64,000 bases of DNA. Origin: Candidatus Sumerlaeia bacterium (GTDB taxonomy: Bacteria > Sumerlaeota > Sumerlaeia > SLMS01 > JANRJK01). Both the position numbers and the translations under genes were made by a program. This document shows, in pieces, positions 50,101 through 58,393 of this stretch. Positions within the stretch are counted from its first letter, which is position 1. Every line of letters begins with the position of its first letter. The stretch covers positions 480,001 through 544,000 of the forward strand of contig JANRJK010000013.1 in the NCBI GenBank assembly GCA_033764015.1, read 5' to 3'. The notes under the pieces were generated by a model, which saw only the letters and a list, made by a program, of their open reading frames with translations, searched no databases and was not told the DNA's origin.

Positions 50101-52908
50101 ACCACCGATATCGAGATCGGCTCCTCGGCGAATCCAGCGCTTGGAAACCTCATCTCAGGCAACGGCGGCAGCGGCATCGTCGTCGAAGGAAACGCCATCA
50201 AGACGCAGATCCACCAGAACCGCATCGGCATGGGAGCATCCGAAACCGCAAATGTCGCCAACTCCCAGCACGGCATCAGCCTGGCGGACGGTGCGAACCA
50301 GACCAGGATTGAGAAGAACAAGATTTTCTTCAACAAAGAGAACGGGGTCCGCATGGATGGCGCCACGACGATGCGGAACACTCTCAGCAAGAACTCGATC
50401 CACCTGAACCTGAAGGATGGCATCGAAATCTCCAGCGGCGCCAATGCCGGAATCGCCGCTCCGGTGATCGACCGCCGCTACATCGAGGGCCGGAACGCGC
50501 GCCAGTACATGGGCGCGATCGACTTGGCAGGTGGCAAGGTTGAGGTCTTCGTTGATCCGCCGGTCACGGACCAACCCGGCTACTGGGGCCAGGGCAAGAC
50601 CTTCGCAAGCACTCGCACGGCGGACGGCAATGGCATCTTCACGATCCCCTTCCGCGAACTGCCCTCGCCGGGAATCGTCACCGCCACCTACACCGACGCC
50701 GACGGGAACACCTCGGAATTCTCGAACATGGCATCTGTCATGGTCGTGCAGTCGGTCTTCTCCCAAGATTTTCTGCTTGTTGCGGGAAAGCCCACGACGG
50801 TTCGCGTTTACCTAGATACCGGAAAGGGCCTCAACACGCTCGATCTTTCGGGACGGGCAGAGCTCGGAAGCCTCACGGGCTCGCCGCTTCCTGCGGTCCA
50901 TACCGCCCGCCCGTACGCCTACTTCGACACCCGCGAGGCCGACCGCAAGCAGTCCTTGGACACCATGAACATCCTGATCGAGAAGCCCGGCGCGGGCCGC
51001 CCGGAACTCCAGCTTGTTCTGACCGATCCCGATGGAAGCGACGAACGGGCGCGCATCAACTATGGCGAGTACCGCTTCGAGAACACGATGGCGATCCCCA
51101 TGGGAATCGTCATCGTCGAAGCCCCCGATTCCAGCGGCACCCTTCGCGTGCCCGATCTCCCCGCCATCATCGAGGGGCTCCGATACTTCGGGACGGTCTA
51201 CCCCGTATCGCCAACCGACTTCTTCAATCAGCTGCGCGTGCTCCCCGTCCAAACCCGCGACAATCCACCTCACACAAGCGACGAGCAGTACGCGATCAGC
51301 GTTCAGGCCGAGGCATTACGCCTGAAGGCAGAGGAGGAATCCGGAGTCGTCCTTCGCTACGCGGCCAGTTACGTGAGCCACCTGACCTCCTTCGATCCGC
51401 CGGGCTCCGGCAGCCGCCTCTTCGGGTACACCTACACCGAAGCGACACCGAAAGTGGTGAACCTGCTGGACCGCTACAAGGGCGGTGCCAACCCGCCGCC
51501 CAACCGCTCGACGCTGTGCCACGAAGTGGGACACTCCCCGCCTTTCCGCTTCGGCGACAGCTACGCCGGTGGCCGACTCTCGGCGAACAATCCGCTCCCG
51601 ACCGATCCGACGAAGTTCGACAGCACCGGCGTCTTGGTCACCGAAGACTTCGCTGCGTACAGCCACACCGGGACGCTGCGTCTCGCCGGCTTCACGTCGC
51701 CGGGGCCCGTCTGGTCGCCGCCCTCCGGCCTCGCCCAAAGCAGCGACTTGCACGACATCATGGCCAATGGCCCCATCGGCTGGACTTCCGAGCCGATGCT
51801 GCAGCGCATGTACCTCCTCCTCCGCACACCGCTGGGTGCCCGCAGGGAAGGCATGGTCGACGGGCTCCTCGCCGTCCGCGGAAACGTCCCGGCCTCCGGA
51901 CCTGTCACGTTGCTCCCAATCGTGCGCCGCCCAGGGCTCGCGGACCGCGACACGATTCCCGTCACCACAAGCCCCGTGTGGCGCGCCGACCTCGTGGACG
52001 CTTCGGAAGCGGTGCTCGACTCCCAGGAGTTCAGCCTGAAGCAGAGCATCGAGTTCCTCGGTGAATCAGACACACCCGACCCCTTCACCCACTATAGCAC
52101 ACCGACCAACACCCCCTTTAGCGTCCTGCTTCAAGACAACCCCGCCGCAACCCGCGTCCGCGTTTACCGAGACGGCATTCAAGTCGCCACCATCGCGACG
52201 AGCGCGAATGCGCCGGCGGTGACGCTTCTTGCTCCGACCGGAGGGGGACCGCTCCCTGCCGAAGTGGTGGTTGCCTGGACCGCCTCCGACACCGACTCGG
52301 GGACGCCACCGCTGAGTTGCGACGTGTTCTACACGCCGGACGGGACAACGCTGATCCCCGTGGCGGCGGACTTGGACGGTCGATCCTCGGTGACGCTCAA
52401 GACCTCCCTCCTGCCGGGTGGCCCCGACATGCGCTTCCTCGTCCGCGCGAGCGACGGATGGCTCACCGGTGAGGACGCCATGGACGCACCCTTCCTCCCG
52501 ACGGACCGCACCCTGCAGGCCAGCATCAGCCAGCCGGCGGATGGGTCGTCCGTGACCGTCGGCCTCCCGTTCGGAGTCTTCGGCTCCGCCTTCGACCCGG
52601 AGGACGGCGTACTCCAGGAAACCAGCCTTGAATGGCGCATCGATGGCGCCGTTGAGGCCGCGGCCACCGGCATCGAGCCACAACTTGTGATCGATACCCC
52701 CGGCCCCCACACGATCCACCTCAGGACCGTCGACAGCTTTGGCCACGTTGTCAGCGACTCGATCACCGTCAACGCAACCAGCAAGCCGTACGATCCCCTG
52801 CTGATCCTTCAGGCAATCGGGGGAGTCAACCCCGCCACCCCCAACGAAGACCGCAACGGAGACGGAACCATCGACCTGGCCGACTGGGTCACCGAGGAGG
52901 CCCCGTAG
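47131..52908 (+). CDS. Large secreted protein: CSLREA-like N-terminus, parallel beta-helix repeats, HExxH zinc-peptidase-like module, Ig-like domains, dockerin-like tail
   Basis: Signal peptide; VNSTAD...TFREA; repeated GNxIGTD / NTISGN / GIxI; HEVGH; DRNGDGTIDLAD. Confidence 0.8.
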   Translation: MRPTKCAVALVASLSFAVEGMAGTISVNSTADTVANDAFVTFREALLIARGDRVPYDNPIIGQPDELSQISGSVGAGFADVINVSSTFSPIAITSLLPTLSNSTDEIFAASATIIDASAVSTTIGTPLFDLSTSGHRIRGLTISGYQGTAIRISASGTTLDGTIISGCRSGPGLHLIAGATGATIQNVVVSGTEGDGILLEGASGNTLNQVYSFSNEGSGFVLKGTGTTNNSIYNFSSGVGTPAQGFPNAGNTGWGVVVRDGANGNHFQNPSGAESTSLIAGNSLGGMWITGSGTNNNDMSTIAFGYSVANPAWIGNGVNSGLVVDGGAQGNQLGAEGFTTGMTFGGHSASAIRISGPQTTGNDLRHIYVGRGENPGIRLPNFSHGIEITDGAGAMLIGGDVELSQIEIDFNPGGSGIFLNGTNAADPIDDITIGVFHIGEEGEGPGGLPTIGGDGIRIEGNVDGVVVGGGASFNHPNHLCGAAGYGLRISGGQVNDVELVQIHAGTANTPVPNFMGGVYIGNGARNVRFNQNVFSYIGGNLGPGIFVDASLTPPRDIGITRCYIGRGQFSSTGFSNSGAGVFVKGGDTSTTALTGVSIGGTQAFEFNNIIGNTGPGIQLQRVSGAKVVNNSVGYLEGTTTAAPNGVAGIEIEACDNLQIGGPTNPERNFIAGNSQAGIRIRNSHTLSIHNNQIGILGDSIIANQGPGIQIASPGPPSGMFLTIGGTGSNEGNTISGNLDAGIEVDTQGAAAPVERIRIEGNRIGTDSTGVLARANKYGIFLRGDLLDDVLVGHATSTAGSNTISGNTEAGIHIEGADGWRVVGNKIGTDINGLSAVPNGYGVDLQFTQRGELGPPNAAQRRNTISGNSIAGIRIGDGVYGAVKIWRNDIGISTELAVGNLDGILVHRRNAVEGPLTIGGATSTLFDSTISIEEGNVISGNTRDGIRVFPESDGLGIDKLSIWGNFIGTDTPGVNPIPNIGAGIRIAGSATTDIEIGSSANPALGNLISGNGGSGIVVEGNAIKTQIHQNRIGMGASETANVANSQHGISLADGANQTRIEKNKIFFNKENGVRMDGATTMRNTLSKNSIHLNLKDGIEISSGANAGIAAPVIDRRYIEGRNARQYMGAIDLAGGKVEVFVDPPVTDQPGYWGQGKTFASTRTADGNGIFTIPFRELPSPGIVTATYTDADGNTSEFSNMASVMVVQSVFSQDFLLVAGKPTTVRVYLDTGKGLNTLDLSGRAELGSLTGSPLPAVHTARPYAYFDTREADRKQSLDTMNILIEKPGAGRPELQLVLTDPDGSDERARINYGEYRFENTMAIPMGIVIVEAPDSSGTLRVPDLPAIIEGLRYFGTVYPVSPTDFFNQLRVLPVQTRDNPPHTSDEQYAISVQAEALRLKAEEESGVVLRYAASYVSHLTSFDPPGSGSRLFGYTYTEATPKVVNLLDRYKGGANPPPNRSTLCHEVGHSPPFRFGDSYAGGRLSANNPLPTDPTKFDSTGVLVTEDFAAYSHTGTLRLAGFTSPGPVWSPPSGLAQSSDLHDIMANGPIGWTSEPMLQRMYLLLRTPLGARREGMVDGLLAVRGNVPASGPVTLLPIVRRPGLADRDTIPVTTSPVWRADLVDASEAVLDSQEFSLKQSIEFLGESDTPDPFTHYSTPTNTPFSVLLQDNPAATRVRVYRDGIQVATIATSANAPAVTLLAPTGGGPLPAEVVVAWTASDTDSGTPPLSCDVFYTPDGTTLIPVAADLDGRSSVTLKTSLLPGGPDMRFLVRASDGWLTGEDAMDAPFLPTDRTLQASISQPADGSSVTVGLPFGVFGSAFDPEDGVLQETSLEWRIDGAVEAAATGIEPQLVIDTPGPHTIHLRTVDSFGHVVSDSITVNATSKPYDPLLILQAIGGVNPATPNEDRNGDGTIDLADWVTEEAP

Positions 52909-53017
52909 CTCCCGCCCGAGTTGGATTGGTCCGAACTGTCCCGCCTTCCGGGGGGATGAGTTCACTTCGAGAGTCGGCCCTTGACATGTACCGTCAGTAG
53001 CTGTTCTACTTCGAGGC

Positions 53018-53767
53018 ATGAGTTCCGCGGCGCGCAAAGAGCGCGAGTTCCATCAACGAGAGCAGGCCATCATCCAGGCCGCCCGTGACCTCCTCCTCGC
53101 TGAGGGCTACTTGGGCCTTACCATGGACCGGGTCGCGGAACTCGTCGAGTACTCGAAACCAACCGTTTACGCCCACTTCGCCTCGAAAGAGGACCTCATT
53201 CTTGGGGTGTGCAACGACGGTCTTGCGCAGCGGGCCGAGCTGTTCCTCCGCGCGGTCGGGTTCCTGGGCCGCTCGCGCGAGACATTCTGCGCCGTCGGCG
53301 TCGCCGACGAGGTGTTCGTGCATGCGTTCCCCGAGCACGCGGCCATGGAGCAGCTCCTCAAGTCCCGCTCACTCTGGGAGCGTGCTGGCGAGCGCCAACA
53401 TGCCCGGCACGATGCGCTGGACCGAACCATGATGGGGACGATGCACTCGCTTATCGGCCGGGCCCTCGCGGAGGGTGACCTCCAAACGGCGGACTCCTCG
53501 ATGCTTTTGGAGCTCGGCCTCGGGATGAAGGCGCTCGCGCTCGGCACACACCTCATCAGCGCCCTGCACCTCCCTTCCCCGGATGCCCGGGTGGCGCTGT
53601 ACCGGGGACTCCGCCGCAATGAGCACAGGCTCTTGGATGGTTGGGGATGGCGGCCCCTGACCAACGATTGGGATTGGGCGCCCGTCTACGACCGCATCTA
53701 CCGCGAGGTGTTCCCGTCGGAAGTCAAGTCACTCCCCGACGGGCTTCGCAACTGCATCCCGCAGTAG
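53018..53767 (+). CDS. TetR/AcrR family transcriptional regulator
   Basis: AARDLL-GYLGLTMDRVA-SKPTVYAHFASKEDL HTH. Confidence 0.93.
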   Translation: MSSAARKEREFHQREQAIIQAARDLLLAEGYLGLTMDRVAELVEYSKPTVYAHFASKEDLILGVCNDGLAQRAELFLRAVGFLGRSRETFCAVGVADEVFVHAFPEHAAMEQLLKSRSLWERAGERQHARHDALDRTMMGTMHSLIGRALAEGDLQTADSSMLLELGLGMKALALGTHLISALHLPSPDARVALYRGLRRNEHRLLDGWGWRPLTNDWDWAPVYDRIYREVFPSEVKSLPDGLRNCIPQ

Positions 53768-53772
53768 TTTTT

Positions 53773-53802
53773 TTGGCATGAATTCTACCGAGGGTAGATA
53801 AT
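53773..53802 (+). promoter_or_regulatory. Putative promoter (TTGGCA-18-GATAAT) containing palindromic TetR-type operator TCTACC-gag-GGTAGA
   Basis: Inverted repeat at 53784-53798; related site GTACCGTCAGTAG at 52988-53000 next to TTGACA upstream of the tetR gene. Confidence 0.6.
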
Positions 53803-53824
53803 CAACCCGGAGTAACCCGCTTCC

Positions 53825-54985
53825 ATGCTCGGCATCGCGATCCAAATGCTCCTCGGCGACCGCATCAAGTACCTCTCCCTCGTGGGAGGCGTCGCCTTCG
53901 CCACTCTCCTCATGATGCAGCAGGCCGGCATCTTCGCCGGCCTCACGTACCAGACTGGAACGCCGATCCGAATGGCGGGCGAGGAATTCGACCTTTGGGT
54001 GATGGACCCGGAGGTTGAGTTTTCCGAGGAGAGCAAGCCGATCGCGGACACCGTTCCCGACCGCGTGCGCGGTGTGGAGGGGGTCGAGTGGGCGGTGCCC
54101 ATGTTCAAGAGCCGGATGCTGGCCAAGCTCCCCGATGGTTCGCAGCGGGCGATCTCGCTCGTGGGGCTGGACGACGCCGCGCTTGTGGGCGGGCCGCGCT
54201 TCATGGTGGAGGGGGCCCTCGAGGACCTCAAGTCATCCGACGCCGTCCTCTTGGACGCGGCGCAGCTCGGCAAGAACTTCATGCTCACAGACGTGGACGG
54301 GTCCAGCCGTCCGCTGCGGGTCGGCGACCGGTTCGCCATCAACGACCAGTCGGTGCTGGTGGCCGGTCTCTTCGCGCAAGAGCGCTCCTTCTTTTGGGAG
54401 CCGGTTGTCTATACGACTTATTCTCGCGCGCTCACTTTGGCGCCCGCGCAGCGGCGGATGCTCCCGTACGTGCTGGTGAAGGTCCGAGCGGGCGAGGACC
54501 CGCTCGACGTCGCATCGCGGATCGAAGCCGCAACAGGCTTGAAGGCCCTGACCCGGGACGGATTCAAGCTCGAGACAGCGCGCTACATCCTGCTGAAGAC
54601 CGGAATCCTGATCAACTTCTCGATCAGCGTGGGTTTGGGGCTTGTGATCGGGGTGCTGGTCTCCGCGCAGACGTTCTACAACTTCATCCTGGACAACCTC
54701 CGGCACTTCGCGGCGCTGAAGGCGATCGGCGTCGGGAACCGGGCACTGATCGGGATGGTCATGGGCCAAGTGCTGCTCGTCGGGGCGGTTGGCTTCGGCA
54801 TTGGGGCGGGCCTCGCCTGCGCCTTGGGGTATGTCTTCGCGCGTGTGGGTCCGGGCGCCTTCCTGATGGTATGGCAGATACCCGCATTCGTGGCGGTTTC
54901 GATCTTGGCTGTAAGCATCGGCGCCGGCGCGCTCTCACTGCGCCGGGTGCTCACCCTCGAACCCGCGATCGTATTCCGCGGTTGA
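53825..54985 (+). CDS. ABC exporter permease (DevC/FtsX-MacB-like)
   Basis: N-terminal TM, periplasmic domain, LKAIG motif and three C-terminal TMs. Confidence 0.88.
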   Translation: MLGIAIQMLLGDRIKYLSLVGGVAFATLLMMQQAGIFAGLTYQTGTPIRMAGEEFDLWVMDPEVEFSEESKPIADTVPDRVRGVEGVEWAVPMFKSRMLAKLPDGSQRAISLVGLDDAALVGGPRFMVEGALEDLKSSDAVLLDAAQLGKNFMLTDVDGSSRPLRVGDRFAINDQSVLVAGLFAQERSFFWEPVVYTTYSRALTLAPAQRRMLPYVLVKVRAGEDPLDVASRIEAATGLKALTRDGFKLETARYILLKTGILINFSISVGLGLVIGVLVSAQTFYNFILDNLRHFAALKAIGVGNRALIGMVMGQVLLVGAVGFGIGAGLACALGYVFARVGPGAFLMVWQIPAFVAVSILAVSIGAGALSLRRVLTLEPAIVFRG

Positions 54986-55004
54986 CCCGTTAGGAGGGCT
55001 TGAA

Positions 55005-56078
55005 ATGTCGAAGTGGCTGCTGCCCGTCATCGCCTTGCTGGGCGTTGGCACAACTCTTTGGGCGGTCCGCGCTCCGGGCGGGCCCGCCGTTCCCGGGACG
55101 CCGACGGAGTCCCCCGCGACCCCTGCCGCCTCGCCGTTCGCACGGACGGTGTCGGGCTCGGGCTTAGTGGAGCCGTCCACGGAGGTGATCGCCGTGGGCA
55201 CCGCATTGGCCGGTGTCGTCGAGGCGGTCTTCGTCGAGTCCGGCCAGGTCGTGGGCGCCGGCGACCCGCTGTTCCGGGTGGATAGCCGACAGCTCGCCGC
55301 GCAGGTGGATGCGCGGCGGGCCGAAGTGGCAGCGGCGGAATCCGCGCTCTCGCGCCTGCGCCGGCTACCGTGGTCCGCGGACCTGCCGGTCGCCGAGGCG
55401 TCGCTCGCGGAAGCCGAGGCGCAGGCCGTCGACGCCGTCCGCCAACTCGAACGGGCCCGCCTGCTGGTCCGCGACCAGGCCCTGAGCACGGAGGTGCTCG
55501 AAGCCCGCGAGCGCGACGCCGCCAGTGCCGCCGCACGCCGCGACCGCGCCGCTGCAGAGCTCGAACGGCTCCGGCAAGGCGCCTGGGAAGCAGACATAGC
55601 GGTCGCGGAGGCGAACCTCGAGTCCGCCCGTGCCGCCCTCGCCGCCGCGGAGGTCGAACTGGACCGCGCGACTGTTCGCGCCCCCATCGCGGGTACCGTC
55701 CTGTCGCGGACCGCCCGCGTCGGGCAGTACGCCGCGCCCGGCGCCGCCGAGCCGCCCCTGGTCCGCCTCGGGGAGACGCGGACCCTCCATGTTCGCGTGG
55801 ATGTCGACGAGAACGACGCCTGGCGCGTCCGCTCGGGGGCGGCAGCCCGAGGCTTCCTGCGCGGCAATCCAGAGCTCTCTACTCCGCTGCGGTTCATCCG
55901 GATCGAACCCTTCGTCGTGCCCAAGACATCGCTGACCGGCGCCGGTTCGGAGCGTGTCGATACCCGCGTCCTGCAAGTGGTCTACGCCTTCGACCCGGAC
56001 GAGTTCGCCGCCTATGCCGGCCAGATCGTCGATGTGCGCATCGAGGCCGCGGACCTTACGGAGGGCGCCCGCCGATGA
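55005..56078 (+). CDS. HlyD-family periplasmic adaptor subunit
   Basis: GSGLVEP, biotinyl-lipoyl-like halves, coiled coil, VRAPIAGTV, ERVDTRVLQVVY. Confidence 0.9.
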   Translation: MSKWLLPVIALLGVGTTLWAVRAPGGPAVPGTPTESPATPAASPFARTVSGSGLVEPSTEVIAVGTALAGVVEAVFVESGQVVGAGDPLFRVDSRQLAAQVDARRAEVAAAESALSRLRRLPWSADLPVAEASLAEAEAQAVDAVRQLERARLLVRDQALSTEVLEARERDAASAAARRDRAAAELERLRQGAWEADIAVAEANLESARAALAAAEVELDRATVRAPIAGTVLSRTARVGQYAAPGAAEPPLVRLGETRTLHVRVDVDENDAWRVRSGAAARGFLRGNPELSTPLRFIRIEPFVVPKTSLTGAGSERVDTRVLQVVYAFDPDEFAAYAGQIVDVRIEAADLTEGARR

Positions 56079-56800
56079 ACCCCCACCCCACGGAAAACGC
56101 CGTCACTGCCCGTGGCGTCGAGAAGACCTTCGGCGAAGGCTCCACGCGCGCCCTCGCCCTGAGGGGCGCCGACATCTCCATCCCATTCGGCGGGCTGACG
56201 CTGCTCGCCGGCCCGAGCGGTTGCGGCAAGACCACTCTGCTCTCGATCATCGCGGGGTTGCTCGACCGCACCGCCGGGATGCTTGATGTGCTGGGACGCG
56301 ACCCCCAGGCGATGCGCCCCGCGGATGCGGTGTCGTTCCGCCGCTCGAACCTCGGATTCGTTTTCCAGCAATACAACCTCCTCCCTTCGCTCACGGCGGT
56401 TGAGAATGCTTCGATTCCCCTCGTCGCGGCGGGGATGAAGCGGCGGACGGCGGAAGAGAGGGCGGCCGCGCTGCTCGAACGGCTGGGGCTCGCCTCGCGG
56501 CTTGGTGCGCACCCGAGGCAGCTCAGCGGTGGGCAGCAGCAGCGGGTCGCGATCGCCCGCGCCTTGGTCCATGAGCCGAAGCTCGTCCTGTGCGACGAAC
56601 CCACCGCAGCCCTGGACGCGGAGTCCGGCCACGCCGTGATGGAACTGCTCGCCAGCCTCGGCGCGGCGAGCGACCGCGCAGTGGTTGTCGTCACCCACGA
56701 CCACCGAATCTTCGATTTCGCCGACCGGATCATTCGAATGGAAGACGGGCGGGTTACCTCCGTCGAGGACGGGGAGGGCGAGGAGGAGGCGGCTGTCTGA
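56075..56800 (+). CDS. ABC transporter ATP-binding protein
   Basis: GPSGCGKTT, LSGGQQQRVAIARAL, DEPT, VTHD. Confidence 0.95.
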   Translation: MNPHPTENAVTARGVEKTFGEGSTRALALRGADISIPFGGLTLLAGPSGCGKTTLLSIIAGLLDRTAGMLDVLGRDPQAMRPADAVSFRRSNLGFVFQQYNLLPSLTAVENASIPLVAAGMKRRTAEERAAALLERLGLASRLGAHPRQLSGGQQQRVAIARALVHEPKLVLCDEPTAALDAESGHAVMELLASLGAASDRAVVVVTHDHRIFDFADRIIRMEDGRVTSVEDGEGEEEAAV

Positions 56801-56882
56801 CGCCGCCGAATCGCCTTTCCCCGCGCGCCGCGCGCCGCCCTATCCTCGCGCCACTTCACCGACGAGAGCAGGCCCCGCTTCC

Positions 56883-58334
56883 ATGTCCGACAAGACCCCA
56901 GACCGCATCCCATCCCGCGCCGAGGACTTCAGCGAGTGGTACATCGCCACCGTGCGCCAGGCGCAGATGGCCGACTACACCGAGATCAAGGGCTGCATGG
57001 TCATCAAGCCCTACGGCTTCGGCCTCTGGGAGCTCCTTCGCGACTCTCTCGACAAGCGCATCAAGGATACCGGCCACGAGAACGCGTACTTCCCGCTCTT
57101 CGTCCCCGAGTCCTACCTGAAGAAGGAAGCGGAGCACGTCGAAGGCTTCGCGCCGGAGTGCGCGTGGGTCACGCACGGCGGCGGCCAGCAGCTCGAAGAG
57201 CGCCTCGCGATCCGCCCCACCTCCGAGGCGATCATCTGCACCATGTTCGCCAAGTGGGTGCAGTCCTACCGCGACCTGCCGATCCTCATCAACCAGTGGG
57301 CGAACGTCGTCCGCTGGGAGAAGCGCACGCGCCTCTTCCTCCGCACGTCCGAGTTCCTCTGGCAGGAGGGCCACACGGTCCACCGCACCGCCGACGAGGC
57401 GCAGGAGGAGACCATGAAGATGATCGAGGTGTACCGCGAGTTCCTGGAAACGGAACTGGCGGTCCCGGCGGTCATGGGCCAGAAGAGCGACGCGGAGCGA
57501 TTCGCGGGCGCGCACAAGACGTACACCGTCGAGGCGCTCATGCAGGACGGCTGGGCCCTCCAGGCGGGCACCAGCCACAACCTCGGCCAGCACTTCGCCA
57601 AGGCTTTCGACATCAAGTTCCTCGATGTGGACAACACCGAGAAGCACGCCTGGACCACGAGCTGGGGCGTCTCGACGCGCCTGGTGGGCGCGGTGATCAT
57701 GACGCACGGCGACGACAACGGCCTGCGGCTGCCGCCGCGCATCGCGCCGGTGCAGGCGGTCGCGGTGCCGATCTACAAAGCGGGCCTCGAAGGCGCGCTG
57801 AACACGAAGTGCGAGGAAATCGTCAAGCGCCTCAAGGCCGCCGGCGTCCGCGCCCGCGCCGACCTGCGCGACACGCTCCGCCCCGGCTTCAAGTTCACCG
57901 AATGGGAAGTGAAGGGCGTCCCGGTCCGCATCGAGCTCGGCCCGCGCGACCTTGAATCGGGCAACGTGGTCCTCGTCCGCCGCGACACGAAGGAGAAGAT
58001 GGTCGTGCCCGAGGCGGAACTCGAGACGCGCATCCCGCAGCTCCTGGTCGAGATCCAGGCGAACCTGCTCGCGCAGGCCCTCGCCTTCCGCGACGCCGGC
58101 ACGCACGAGCCGAAGGACTTCGACGAGTTCGTCCGCTTCCTCGACGAGAAACGCGGCTTCATGCTGTGCGGCTGGGACGGCACCGGCGAGACGGAAGCCG
58201 CGATCAAGGAGAAGACGAAGGCGACGCTGCGCTGCATCCCGCTGGACGGCCGCGGCGAGGCACGCCCCGGCGACACGGACATCCTCTCCGGGGCGCCGGC
58301 CAAGTACCGCGTGCTTTACGCGCGCGCCTACTAG
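56883..58334 (+). CDS. proS: Proline--tRNA ligase, archaeal/eukaryotic type (no editing insertion)
   Basis: EAEHVEGFAPE, RPTSE, QWANVVRWE, FLRTSEFLWQEGHT, QAGTSHNLGQ, terminal ARAY. Confidence 0.96.
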   Translation: MSDKTPDRIPSRAEDFSEWYIATVRQAQMADYTEIKGCMVIKPYGFGLWELLRDSLDKRIKDTGHENAYFPLFVPESYLKKEAEHVEGFAPECAWVTHGGGQQLEERLAIRPTSEAIICTMFAKWVQSYRDLPILINQWANVVRWEKRTRLFLRTSEFLWQEGHTVHRTADEAQEETMKMIEVYREFLETELAVPAVMGQKSDAERFAGAHKTYTVEALMQDGWALQAGTSHNLGQHFAKAFDIKFLDVDNTEKHAWTTSWGVSTRLVGAVIMTHGDDNGLRLPPRIAPVQAVAVPIYKAGLEGALNTKCEEIVKRLKAAGVRARADLRDTLRPGFKFTEWEVKGVPVRIELGPRDLESGNVVLVRRDTKEKMVVPEAELETRIPQLLVEIQANLLAQALAFRDAGTHEPKDFDEFVRFLDEKRGFMLCGWDGTGETEAAIKEKTKATLRCIPLDGRGEARPGDTDILSGAPAKYRVLYARAY

Positions 58335-58393
58335 GACGCGGAGTCGGCGCAGGGTCCTGCGGAGCGCGGATCCGCTTCAAGCCCGGGTGGGCG

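Noticed and set aside
56883..58334. Archaeal/eukaryotic-type ProRS as a novelty
   Set aside because: This type is well documented in many bacterial phyla.
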